Below are positions 24,928 to 33,923 of a stretch of DNA of 64,000 bases, piece by piece (position 1 is the first letter of the stretch; each line of letters opens with the position of its first letter). Both the position numbers and the translations under genes were made by a program. Source of the DNA: an uncultured Desulfobacterales bacterium (GTDB lineage Bacteria > Desulfobacterota > Desulfobacteria > Desulfobacterales > CAJINA01); assembly GCA_964647585.1 (NCBI GenBank), contig CAZYGG010000001.1:99373-163372 (forward strand). Direction: 5' to 3'. The notes under the pieces are model-generated. The model saw only the letters and a list, made by a program, of their open reading frames with translations. It ran no database searches and was not told the DNA's origin.

Positions 24928-26838
24928 CTAGGCAGCGCCGGGGTTGTCCTTTCCCGAAGTTTCAGCGGCCATGTCGACGGCATCGTTAAAGTCCATATGG
25001 ATGGTCATGTCGCCGCCGCCGCCAGTGACTGTTTTCGCATGCGGGTAGCGTTTTTTAAAAACCCTGATCATGGCGGCATTCTCACTGAGCACTGTGGCCG
25101 TAAATCCCGTGTAGTCATTTTCCTTGGCAATTTTTTCCAATTTCTGCAGCAGGTATGATCCAATGCGCATCCCCTGGAGGTCTTCCCGCACCACGAAAGC
25201 GACTTCCGCGCGGTGGGTCTCTTCCTCCGCGTAGGTACCTATGGCCACGATCTCCTTGTGCCCCTCTGACTGGATCAACCCGATAATGGACATGTTCTTG
25301 CGGTAATCCACACTGGCCCACTGCTCCTGCACCACGGAATGGGTAAAATTCCGCATCTTGTAGAAAAACCGATAGTAAATGGTCCGCTCCTGTAATGAAT
25401 AAAAGAAGTTGCGGTAGGAAAATTCGTCAGACGGCAACAACGGCCTGAATTCAATGGATTTACCGGTCGGTAGCGCCAGGGTGCTCTTGTATCCTTCAAT
25501 GAAGAGGAGGTCATCCTGGGAGGGGGGCAGTTGATCTGAAAAAATATAATGCTTCTCCCGGGCGACATCGATCAACTCCTCCCGGAATTTCGGGTGGGCG
25601 ATCTGGGCCAGTTCCATCACCCGCTGATAGATTCCCTTGCCCTGGAGTTCGGCAATACCGTATTCGGTGATGACAAAGTTGACATCCCCCCGGGTAGTCG
25701 CCACCCCGGCGCCCTCACTCAGGTGGGGTACAATCCTTGATATCTTTCCGTTCTGCGCCGTCGACGGCATGGCCACAACTGAAAAGCCGCCCTCACTCAT
25801 GGAACTGCCCCTGAGAAAATCCACCTGGTCGCCAATACCGCTGTAAAACAGGTACCCCATGGAGTCGGTGCACACCTGGCCGGTGAGGTCAACTTCCAGC
25901 GCGCTGCTCAGGGAGACAAAATTGTCGTTACGGGCCACCACCACCGGGTCACTCACAAACTCGGAGGATCTGAAATAAAACATCGGGTTGTTATCGACAA
26001 AATCATAGATTTTTGCAGAGCCCATACACAAAGAAGCCACAACCCTGCCCGGAAGCATGGTTTTTCTGCGATTCGTGATGACCCCTTTCTCGATCAGCGG
26101 AATGATTCCATCGGAAATCACCTGGGTGTGAATACCGAGGTCCTTTTTATCATCCAGATGCTGCAAAATGGTATAGGGCAGGTGTCCGAATCCGATCTGC
26201 AGCGTCGCGCCATCCTCAATCAACTGGCTTACATAAAAACTGATCCGTTTAACGACTTCCGGATCTTTTTTGCCCGGCACGGACTCCACCAGGGGTTCAT
26301 CGTAGGGCACCAGGTAGTCCAGGTCGTCAATATGTACAAAGCTGTCTCCCAGCGTCCGGGGCATTTTACGGTTCACCTGCGCGATCACCAGACCGGCATT
26401 TTCTATTCCACTGCGGGTGATATCCACACTGACCCCCAGACTGCAGTATCCAAAACGGTCAGGCGGACTGACCTGGACCAGAGCGACATCGAGTCCGATG
26501 CGGCGGGTGGCGAACAGCCGGGGAATCTGGGAAAGGTAGGTGGGCAGGTAATCAATTTTGCCATCGAAAGCCGCTTGCCGCAAAGAAGCGCTGATGAAAA
26601 AGAGCTTCAGGGAAAACCGCTCCATAAAATCAGGATCATCCACATACTGGGAAAAGGTGGAAGAAAGCATCTGGTAAACCATCAGGTCCTGGATGGAGAC
26701 ATCCTTAACCATGGCGTGGATCAGGTGCTGGGGTTCGCCGCAGCCGGTGCCGATAAAAACCCGACTGCCGCGTGAAATTTTGGTAACTGCCTCCGCTGCG
26801 GATACCACCTTTTGCGGATAGGCAGACTTCAGATCCAT
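24928..26838 (-). CDS. Acetyl-CoA hydrolase/transferase-family domain fused to a C-terminal GNAT acetyltransferase domain
   Basis: The N-terminus VSAAEAVTKISRGSRVFIGTGCGEPQHL is CoA-transferase-like. The C-terminal ~150 aa (VAFVVREDLQGMRIGSYLLQKLEKIA) carry a GNAT motif A. Confidence 0.75.
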   Translation of the reverse strand: MDLKSAYPQKVVSAAEAVTKISRGSRVFIGTGCGEPQHLIHAMVKDVSIQDLMVYQMLSSTFSQYVDDPDFMERFSLKLFFISASLRQAAFDGKIDYLPTYLSQIPRLFATRRIGLDVALVQVSPPDRFGYCSLGVSVDITRSGIENAGLVIAQVNRKMPRTLGDSFVHIDDLDYLVPYDEPLVESVPGKKDPEVVKRISFYVSQLIEDGATLQIGFGHLPYTILQHLDDKKDLGIHTQVISDGIIPLIEKGVITNRRKTMLPGRVVASLCMGSAKIYDFVDNNPMFYFRSSEFVSDPVVVARNDNFVSLSSALEVDLTGQVCTDSMGYLFYSGIGDQVDFLRGSSMSEGGFSVVAMPSTAQNGKISRIVPHLSEGAGVATTRGDVNFVITEYGIAELQGKGIYQRVMELAQIAHPKFREELIDVAREKHYIFSDQLPPSQDDLLFIEGYKSTLALPTGKSIEFRPLLPSDEFSYRNFFYSLQERTIYYRFFYKMRNFTHSVVQEQWASVDYRKNMSIIGLIQSEGHKEIVAIGTYAEEETHRAEVAFVVREDLQGMRIGSYLLQKLEKIAKENDYTGFTATVLSENAAMIRVFKKRYPHAKTVTGGGGDMTIHMDFNDAVDMAAETSGKDNPGAA

Positions 26839-26979
26839 TCAAAACCTCCTGGCTCAAGTTTATGCAATTGTCAGACATTTCACACTAACCCGGCTTATTA
26901 GTCAAGATTAAGATGGGAGCCATAATGACACTTCCCGACATCGATCCACATAAAAAAATGCGCCCTTTGCATTTTTTTA

Positions 26980-27007
26980 TTGACACACAAAATTTTATCT
27001 ATATATT
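26980..27007 (+). promoter_or_regulatory. Candidate sigma-70 promoter upstream of the EF-G gene
   Basis: TTGACA (26980-26985), a 16-nt spacer, then TATATT (27002-27007). This is a motif match only. Confidence 0.3.
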
Positions 27008-27177
27008 TATTTGTTTCTAACATCTGACCTATATGAGCTGATCCCCCATGCGGTTTCACCCAAATGCGGGATTTTTTATTTCTTGCTGATCCCGCAGGTA
27101 TCTCAACGGTTAAGCACACAACTATTTACCAGAACTTTTTTATTATCAGGAATTTGTAGGATATCAGGAAAAGGATT

Positions 27178-29265
27178 ATGAAACAGGAAATCGAAAAAGT
27201 CAGGAACATTGGAATCAGTGCCCATATCGATTCCGGGAAAACCACCCTTACCGAAAGGATCCTTTACTATACAGACCGGATCCATGCCATTCACGATGTC
27301 AAAGGCAAAGACGGTGTCGGCGCCACCATGGATTCCATGGAGCTTGAAAAGGAAAGAGGGATCACCATTGCCTCGGCGGCGACTTTCTGTGAATGGAACA
27401 ACCATGAAATCAATATCATCGACACACCCGGCCATGTCGATTTTACCATCGAGGTTGAACGGTCCCTGCGGGTGCTTGACGGGGCTATTCTGGTGCTCTG
27501 TTCCGTCGGCGGCGTCCAGTCCCAGTCCATTACGGTTGACCAGCAGATGAAAAGATACAAGGTTCCCTGCATCGCCTTCATTAACAAGTGCGACCGCAGC
27601 GGTGCCGATCCTTTCCGAGTCACCCGGCAGCTCAAAGAGAAATTGGGACACAATGCCGTACCCATGCAAATTCCCATTGGACTCGAAGCCGACCTGGAAG
27701 GCGTGGTGGATCTGGTCACCATGCAGGCCATCTATTTCGACGGCGATAATGGTGAAGCCATAAGGGTTGAAAGTATTCCTGCCAACCTGGTCGAACAGGC
27801 CGAACAGCATCGCGAAACCCTGATTGACGCCGCCTCCCTCTTTTCAGATGACCTTACCGAGGCGATCCTGGAAGAGCAGGATATTCCCGAAGAATTGGTT
27901 TATGAAGCCGTTCGCAAGGGTGTTCTCACCCGGGAAATCACCCCGGTATTCCTGGGTTCCGCCTATAAAAACAAAGGGGTTCAGCCGCTTCTGGATGCAG
28001 TCACCCGGCTGCTGCCCTGCCCGGCAGATATCGAAAATGAGGCGCTCGACACGGAACATGACGAAAAATCGGTCGTCCTCAACAGTGACCCGGAAGCGCC
28101 GGTTGTAGCGCTGGCTTTCAAACTGGAGGACGGACAATACGGACAGCTGACCTATATCCGGGTCTACCAGGGCGCCCTGAAAAAAGGTGACACGGTTTAC
28201 AATGTCCGCACCGGCAAGAAAGTAAAAATTGGACGTCTGGTCAGGATGCACTCCGCTGAAATGGAAGATATTGATATAATTCCGGCAGGTTACATAGGCG
28301 CACTCTTTGGAGTCGACTGCTCCTCCGGTGATACCTTTGCCGCTGCCGGCCAGAGCCTCTCCATGACCTCCATGTTCGTGCCGGAACCGGTCATCTCCCT
28401 CTCCATTGTACCGGCGGATAACAAAGCCCAGGTCAACATGTCCAAAGCGCTGAACCGGTTTACCAAAGAAGACCCGACCTTCCGGACATTTGTCAGTGAT
28501 GAAACCGGCGAAACCATCATCGAAGGGATGGGCGAACTGCATCTGGAAGTCTATGTTGAAAGGATGCTGCGCGAATACCAGGCCCAGGTGGAAACCGGCA
28601 AACCCCGGGTCGCTTACCGGGAAACCATCACCCAGCGGGCGGAATTCGACTATATCCACAAAAAACAGACTGGTGGATCGGGCCAGTACGGCCGGATTAC
28701 GGGCTACATGGAACCGGTGGCCGATGAGGAATTTGTTTTTGAAAACAAGATCACCGGCGGCTCCATACCGACCCAGTACATCTCAGCCTGTGAAAAGGGT
28801 TTCAGGGGCTGCCTAGCCAAGGGGCCCAAAATGGAATTCCCGGTAACCGGCGTAAAGGTTGAGATCAATGATGGCGCCTCGCACGCGGTGGACAGTTCCG
28901 AAATGGCCTTTCAGGCCGCTGCCCGGGGTGCCTTCCGCGAGGGCTACGCCAAGGCCAGACCGGTTATCCATGAACCGATCATGAAAGTCGTGGTTGAAAC
29001 CCCCACAGAGTTTCAGGGGGCGGTCATGGGGTTATTGAACCAGCGTCGCGGCATTATCGTCGGGTCACAGGACGAGGGGCCCATGTGCGTTGTGGAATCC
29101 CAGGTCCCCCTGGCCGAAATGTTCGGGTTCTCAACCGTACTCAGGTCTTCGACCCAGGGTAAAGCCCAGTTCACCATGGAGTTTATGACCTACAAACAGG
29201 TCCCGAAATCCGTATCTGAAGAGCTCGTTAAAAAAGCGGCCGATGCCAAAAAGAAAGTTGCCTGA
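27178..29265 (+). CDS. fusA: Elongation factor G (stand-alone paralogue, not in an str operon)
   Basis: [26 protein letters not shown] and the full five-domain length (695 aa). Confidence 0.9.
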   Translation: MKQEIEKVRNIGISAHIDSGKTTLTERILYYTDRIHAIHDVKGKDGVGATMDSMELEKERGITIASAATFCEWNNHEINIIDTPGHVDFTIEVERSLRVLDGAILVLCSVGGVQSQSITVDQQMKRYKVPCIAFINKCDRSGADPFRVTRQLKEKLGHNAVPMQIPIGLEADLEGVVDLVTMQAIYFDGDNGEAIRVESIPANLVEQAEQHRETLIDAASLFSDDLTEAILEEQDIPEELVYEAVRKGVLTREITPVFLGSAYKNKGVQPLLDAVTRLLPCPADIENEALDTEHDEKSVVLNSDPEAPVVALAFKLEDGQYGQLTYIRVYQGALKKGDTVYNVRTGKKVKIGRLVRMHSAEMEDIDIIPAGYIGALFGVDCSSGDTFAAAGQSLSMTSMFVPEPVISLSIVPADNKAQVNMSKALNRFTKEDPTFRTFVSDETGETIIEGMGELHLEVYVERMLREYQAQVETGKPRVAYRETITQRAEFDYIHKKQTGGSGQYGRITGYMEPVADEEFVFENKITGGSIPTQYISACEKGFRGCLAKGPKMEFPVTGVKVEINDGASHAVDSSEMAFQAAARGAFREGYAKARPVIHEPIMKVVVETPTEFQGAVMGLLNQRRGIIVGSQDEGPMCVVESQVPLAEMFGFSTVLRSSTQGKAQFTMEFMTYKQVPKSVSEELVKKAADAKKKVA

Positions 29266-29575
29266 TACAAATTATCGACAGGCGTCACTTTTGTTGGAAA
29301 AAACCACTTTTTACGTCAGGCCCGTAGTTTTCGAAACTGTTGAGACGATAATTTGTATGAAAGTGGGATAAAGGGAACGGTATCGGCAACCCGACGATAC
29401 CGATTGATTCCAAAAGCCTTTAGCATGACGGGCAAACAAACTATCCTCTCCGGCTAAGCCGGAGATAATTGAATATTGAATGATTCATACGCTAAAGCTA
29501 AAAAACAGGCTTCCTGAAAAGTTCCGTCATGCAGGGCCCGCAAGCATCATCTATTTAAAAGAAAGGAACTTGAAA

Positions 29576-30280
29576 ATGCTGACCAACGACCTGATTCAAC
29601 GCAATCCGCTCAGGCTCATGGGACGGGATGCCGAAGAGATCCTGTCCCCCGGCGAATTCGGGGCCATTTTGGCACGGGCGGGCGTGGGCAAAACAGCCCT
29701 GCTTGTGCAGATAGCCCTCAATACCCTTTTAAGCGGCAAAAATGTGCTGCATGTCAGCCTCAATGATCCCGTCGACAAGGTCACCCTGTGGTACCGGGAG
29801 GTGTTCGGGAACCTGTCCAAAACCTACGATGGCAGACAGATTGAACAACTCTGGGAATCGCTCCTGCCCCATCGCCTGATCATGACTTTCAAGGTCGCGG
29901 GGTTCAGTGTCCCCAAGTTGGAAGAACGGCTTAAAGATCTTTCCGAACAGGGGATTTTCACACCTGACATGGTCATTATTGACGGCCTGCCGTTCGATGA
30001 ATCCATTCCCGAATCCCTGGATGACTTGAAAACATTTTCAAGTGCGCAGGGTATCCAGGCGTGGTTTACCGTCCGCACGCATCGCCATGAAACCTCCGGA
30101 TCCGACGGCATTCCGCCCAACATTGCTCCGGCCCAGGACCTTTTCAGTGTCATCCTGCAGCTGGAACCCACCGGCAAGGAGATTCATGTACGCGCCCTGA
30201 AAGGCGAGAGCGGCGCCGGGCACAAACTCCCGGTAAAACTGGACCCGGCCACCATGCTTTTACAGGATTCGACATCTTGA
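29576..30280 (+). CDS. RecA/KaiC-superfamily P-loop protein of unknown function
   Basis: Walker A ILARAGVGKTALL and Walker B-like MVIIDGLPFD. AAAGGAA RBS before ATG 29576. The longer 29480 start has no support. Confidence 0.5.
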   Translation: MLTNDLIQRNPLRLMGRDAEEILSPGEFGAILARAGVGKTALLVQIALNTLLSGKNVLHVSLNDPVDKVTLWYREVFGNLSKTYDGRQIEQLWESLLPHRLIMTFKVAGFSVPKLEERLKDLSEQGIFTPDMVIIDGLPFDESIPESLDDLKTFSSAQGIQAWFTVRTHRHETSGSDGIPPNIAPAQDLFSVILQLEPTGKEIHVRALKGESGAGHKLPVKLDPATMLLQDSTS

Positions 30281-30396
30281 TGTGAATGCCCGGCGGCCGG
30301 TGTCCGTGGATATACATTGCCCTTGACAGCTTGGCCAGCGATTCATATTATTACATTATTCTCAACTACTTCTGATACTTGTTAATGGAGGCAGCC

Positions 30397-30594
30397 GTGG
30401 GAAAAATAGAAAAGGAAGTCGCCGACAAGGGGGGCCGTCGCCTGGGAATCGACCGTCGCCAGGTGGAGATCGAGGATGCCGTGGAAGAGGATAAGCGTGC
30501 AAACGGGGAACGCCGCCACCGCGGCGACCGGCGCGACGGCTATTCCTATAAACAAGATGAGTCCGAACGCAGGGAATCTTTCCGGATAAAATAA
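30397..30594 (+). CDS. Small (65 aa) Arg/Glu/Asp-rich protein with repeated DRR/ERR motifs
   Basis: GGAGG lies 5 nt before GTG 30397. The ORF is followed by a hairpin terminator. GIDRRQ, GERRHRGDRRDG and ESERRE motifs. No recognised family. Confidence 0.45.
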   Translation: MGKIEKEVADKGGRRLGIDRRQVEIEDAVEEDKRANGERRHRGDRRDGYSYKQDESERRESFRIK

Positions 30595-30626
30595 CAGACG
30601 CAGCACGCGGGAACGATCCATTGGAA

Positions 30627-30667
30627 TAAAAAAAGCCCAGGCTTGAACAGCCCGGGCTTATTTTTTG
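30627..30667. terminator. Bidirectional Rho-independent terminator between the small ORF and tRNA-Leu
   Basis: AAAAAAAGCCCAGGC-ttgaaca-GCCCGGGCTTATTTTTT is a GC-rich stem with A-run and T-run flanks. Confidence 0.65.
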
Positions 30668-30754
30668 TGGTGCCGAAGAGAGGACTCGAACCTCCACCTG
30701 TATACACAGACTAGACCCTGAACCTAGCGCGTCTACCAGTTCCGCCACTTCGGC
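30668..30754 (-). tRNA. tRNA-Leu (anticodon CAG), CCA encoded
   Basis: The reverse complement reads GCCGAAGTGGCGGAACTGGTAGACGCGCTAGGTTCAGGGTCTAGTCTGTGTATACAGGTGGAGGTTCGAGTCCTCTCTTCGGCACCA. It has a 7-bp acceptor stem, a TTCAGGG anticodon loop, a long variable arm and a GGTTCGAGTCC T-arm. Confidence 0.9.
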
Positions 30755-30758
30755 AGGT

Positions 30759-30900
30759 GAGATCTTTTAAAAATCCCCCCTTTTGCCCTGTTTCTGCGTT
30801 GGTCTCAAATTTTAATCCTCGAAATACTCAATGTATTCCTCCGGTTAAAATTTTCGTCCGCCTTGAAATAAAACAAAATTGGGCATTTTTAAAAGATCTC
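30759..30900. repeat. Perfect 16-bp inverted repeat pair (GAGATCTTTTAAAAAT / ATTTTTAAAAGATCTC) 110 bp apart
   Basis: Direct reading at 30759-30774 and 30885-30900. It starts 5 nt upstream of the tRNA 5' end. Confidence 0.85.
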
Positions 30901-30994
30901 TATCTGACTAAAAGCCTTGATTTAGTTCAGAAGATGCTTTAAATATATTTTTTTGTTTGGACTGTCAAGCCAATATTTAAGAAGTTGGGAATAT

Positions 30995-31933
30995 ATGCAG
31001 ATTATTAACGACTTGAACGCGATCGCAAAACCTTTTAAAAATGCCGTGGTGACCACCGGCAACTTTGACGGGGTGCATATCGGGCACCAGGCCCTTTTTC
31101 ACGAGGTCATCGAACAGGCCGATGCCATCAAAGGGACCTCGGTGGCGATCACCTTTGATCCGCACCCCATCCGGGTCCTGAAACAAAACGGCCATCCGCC
31201 GCTGATCACCCTGCTGAACCAGAAAACCGAACTCATTGAAAGCACCGGTGTGGATGTGCTGATTGTCATCCCCTTTTCCACTGAATTCGCTGCCCTCTCC
31301 GCCCGTGAATTCGTCGCAGACATACTGGTTCGGAAAATCGGAATGCAAACCATAGTGGTTGGTTCCGACTACTCCTTCGGCCGCAACCGCGAGGGCAACC
31401 TGGACCTGCTCAAGGAAATGGCCCGGGAAATCGGTTTTAAGGTTATTTTAACGGATTGGATCCAGGGCCCCAATGCCAACACTCGCCGCATCAGCAGCAC
31501 ACGGGTTCGCGAACTGGTCATGGCCGGTGACATGGACCGCACCCGGAAACATCTGGGCCGATACTACCAGATCCGGGGCAAAGTCGCCACCGGTCGCAAT
31601 CGGGGGGGGCGGCTGCTGGGCTTTCCCACCGCCAACATCAATCTCCACGACGAACTCAGTCCCAAATCCGGGGTATATGCGGTCATGGTTGAGTGCGAGG
31701 GAAAACAATTCAAAGGCGTTGCCAACATCGGCTATAGCCCTACATTCGATGACCACATCTTTACCGTTGAAGTTCACATACTCGATTTTGAAAAAGACAT
31801 CTACGGAGAGGATATCCGGGTAAACTTCATCCAGCGCTTGCGGGCTGAAGAAAAGTTCTCGGGGATCGACGCGCTTTCCGAACAGATCAACAAAGATATC
31901 CTGCACGCCCGAAAAATATTGAATAATATTTGA
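30995..31933 (+). CDS. ribF: Bifunctional riboflavin kinase / FMN adenylyltransferase
   Basis: VVTTGNFDGVHIGHQ and the C-terminal kinase PTANI...GVY motifs. ATG 30995 (MQIIND) is preferred over the TTG at 30953. Confidence 0.85.
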   Translation: MQIINDLNAIAKPFKNAVVTTGNFDGVHIGHQALFHEVIEQADAIKGTSVAITFDPHPIRVLKQNGHPPLITLLNQKTELIESTGVDVLIVIPFSTEFAALSAREFVADILVRKIGMQTIVVGSDYSFGRNREGNLDLLKEMAREIGFKVILTDWIQGPNANTRRISSTRVRELVMAGDMDRTRKHLGRYYQIRGKVATGRNRGGRLLGFPTANINLHDELSPKSGVYAVMVECEGKQFKGVANIGYSPTFDDHIFTVEVHILDFEKDIYGEDIRVNFIQRLRAEEKFSGIDALSEQINKDILHARKILNNI

Positions 31934-31985
31934 AGTGCCGAAAGTGGTTGAAGCCATCTCAAAACGGATTTTGACTCAAGGTCAA

Positions 31986-32013
31986 TTTCACTTCAAACTT
32001 TAATTCACTTTAG
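31986..32013. repeat. Family D word-repeat, single arm
   Basis: TTTCACTTCAAACTTTAATTCACTTTAG matches the reverse complement of 23788-23824 at 26 of 28 positions (hand alignment). Confidence 0.7.
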
Positions 32014-32081
32014 ATTATAATTTCAGGCCTTTTCGGTATAGCCAAGATTCACAGACCTATCATACAAGTAGGCCGTAAAGT

Positions 32082-33176
32082 TTGAATATGAATAGAAAAA
32101 CAACTGCATCCCTGGTGCTGAGCGTGGTGATATCCGCCCTGGCGCTCTACCTGGCCTTTCGCAACGTGCCCATTGGCGAACTGGTGACTTACCTGGCTTC
32201 CATCCATACCCTCTGGATGGTACCAGCGGTTCTGGTGGTATTGATCAGTTTCGCCCTGCGCGCCCTGCGCTGGAAGATCATCCTCGCCTCCACGCAGAAA
32301 ATAGCCTTCTGGCCCACCTATCACCCCATGATGATCGGTTTTATGATCAACTGTATCCTGCCCGGCCGGATCGGTGAAATTGCCCGCCCGGTCATATTGA
32401 AAAAAAAGGAAGGGGTTCCTTTTACCGCGGGGCTGGCAACGGTGGCCACCGAAAGGGTATTTGACGCAGGGCTCTTAATCGCCTTTTTTGCCGTTGTGCT
32501 GGCATTTGTCGACATCGATCCGCAGGTCAGCATCCCCTTTGGCCAGTATACCCTCAACCGCGAAACCCTCATGGCAATCGGTACCGGCCTGTTTCGTTTA
32601 TGCCTGGTGGGCATCGCCGGCATTATCGTCATCTCCGTTGACGCAAGCCGCAACCTGCTGATTCGTTTTATCGAACATTTTCCAACGTTCCTGGTTTTTC
32701 TGAAACAGAAACACCGCGACCTGATCGCGGATAAACTCTGCCGATTTATCGTTAGAATTATCAATAACTTTGCGGATGGTTTTTCCATGGTCAAGTCGCC
32801 TTTCAAACTGGCGGCCTGCACCGGGCTTTCCCTGATTATCTGGATTCTGGGTGCTGTTTCTTACTACCTCATGGCCCTGGGCTGCCCGGGACTATACATT
32901 TCCTTTATTGAACTGTCGGCAGTCATGATTATTGTATGTTTTTTCATTGCCCTTCCCTCTGTGCCCGGTTTCTGGGGCATCTGGGAAGCCGGCGGTGTGT
33001 TTGCCATGGCGCTTTTCGGTGTACCGGCCAGGGAAGCGGCCGGGTTTACCCTGGCGAACCATGCGGTCCAGATGTTTCCCATCATTATCGCCGGTCTCTA
33101 TTCGGCTGTTCTCACGGGGGTAAAGATCAGGCAGTTTGCCGGCACAAAGACGGAGATAACCAATGACGCTACTTGA
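32082..33176 (+). CDS. Lysylphosphatidylglycerol-synthase-TM-region-like (UPF0104, flippase-like) membrane protein
   Basis: About 8 TM segments. The conserved LRALRWKIIL and ILPGRIGEIARP motifs are typical of that family. Confidence 0.7.
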   Translation: MNMNRKTTASLVLSVVISALALYLAFRNVPIGELVTYLASIHTLWMVPAVLVVLISFALRALRWKIILASTQKIAFWPTYHPMMIGFMINCILPGRIGEIARPVILKKKEGVPFTAGLATVATERVFDAGLLIAFFAVVLAFVDIDPQVSIPFGQYTLNRETLMAIGTGLFRLCLVGIAGIIVISVDASRNLLIRFIEHFPTFLVFLKQKHRDLIADKLCRFIVRIINNFADGFSMVKSPFKLAACTGLSLIIWILGAVSYYLMALGCPGLYISFIELSAVMIIVCFFIALPSVPGFWGIWEAGGVFAMALFGVPAREAAGFTLANHAVQMFPIIIAGLYSAVLTGVKIRQFAGTKTEITNDAT

Positions 33177-33675
33177 TATCCTCACCTATCCCGACAAGCG
33201 GCTGCGCAACAAAGCGGCACCGGTTGAAATCGTCGATGACGACATTCAAAACATCATTGCCGACATGGCTGAGACCATGTACGCCGCGCCCGGTATGGGC
33301 CTGGCTGCCACTCAGGTAGGCATAGATAAAAGAATAATTATTTTCGATGTTTCCGGACCGGAAGATCAACCTGCACTTGAAGTTTTATTGAACCCGTTTA
33401 TCGTGGAATCCGAAGGGACCCAGCTCTCGGAAGGCGAAGGCTGCCTCAGCGTGCCGGATTTCAGAAGTGACGTCAAAAGATTCGAACGGGTCAAGGTGGA
33501 TGCCCTTGACAGAAACGGCCAACCGGTTCACATAGAAACAGACGGACTCTACGCGATTGTCCTGCAGCATGAAATCGACCATCTGGACGGGGTTCTTTTC
33601 ATTGACAAAATCAGCGCGCTGAAACGGGAGATGTATAAGCGTAAGGTGAAAAAACAGATGAAGAATAAAGGATAA
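33163..33675 (+). CDS. def: Peptide deformylase
   Basis: GMGLAATQVG, EGCLSVP and QHEIDHLDG motifs. Confidence 0.92.
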   Translation: MTLLDILTYPDKRLRNKAAPVEIVDDDIQNIIADMAETMYAAPGMGLAATQVGIDKRIIIFDVSGPEDQPALEVLLNPFIVESEGTQLSEGEGCLSVPDFRSDVKRFERVKVDALDRNGQPVHIETDGLYAIVLQHEIDHLDGVLFIDKISALKREMYKRKVKKQMKNKG

Positions 33676-33720
33676 TTAGGACTCGTAAATATCAATAATT
33701 ATAGTTACACTGCCTCATTA

Positions 33721-33905
33721 GGATTCAAGGGTTCAAGGGTTCGAGGGTTCGAGGGGCCAAGTGAAATGCTGAAAGGCTTTTAAAAGCATATCTCAAAGGG
33801 ATGCGCATGGCCGACAATAAAACCTAATAATAATTAAAGCTTGTCCCCTTGACTACCCAGCATGGCCTCTGGCGAAAACAAGACCCTTCGAATTCTGGAA
33901 CCCTT
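33721..33905. repeat. Family A element with the same core as 9333-9459 and a degenerate right arm
   Basis: Left arm GGATTCAAGGGTTCAAGGGTTCGAGGGTTCGAGGGGC. The core AATGCTGAAAGGCTTTTAAAAGCA...TAATTAAAGCTTG parallels the reverse complement of 9366-9424. Confidence 0.7.
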
Positions 33906-33923
33906 TCCTTTTGAAAGGCAAAA

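Noticed and set aside
27103-27810. 235-aa ORF on the minus strand
   Set aside because: It is fully antisense to the well-supported EF-G gene, has low-complexity composition and no recognisable motif. It is a shadow ORF typical of GC-rich coding DNA.
30362-30748. 128-aa minus-strand ORF
   Set aside because: It overlaps the tRNA-Leu gene, the terminator hairpin and the plus-strand small ORF, so it is an artefact.
30668-30900. tRNA-Leu as an integration site of a genomic island
   Set aside because: There is no integrase, no visible direct repeat of the tRNA 3' end, and the flanking genes are housekeeping. Only the 16-bp inverted repeat is reported.
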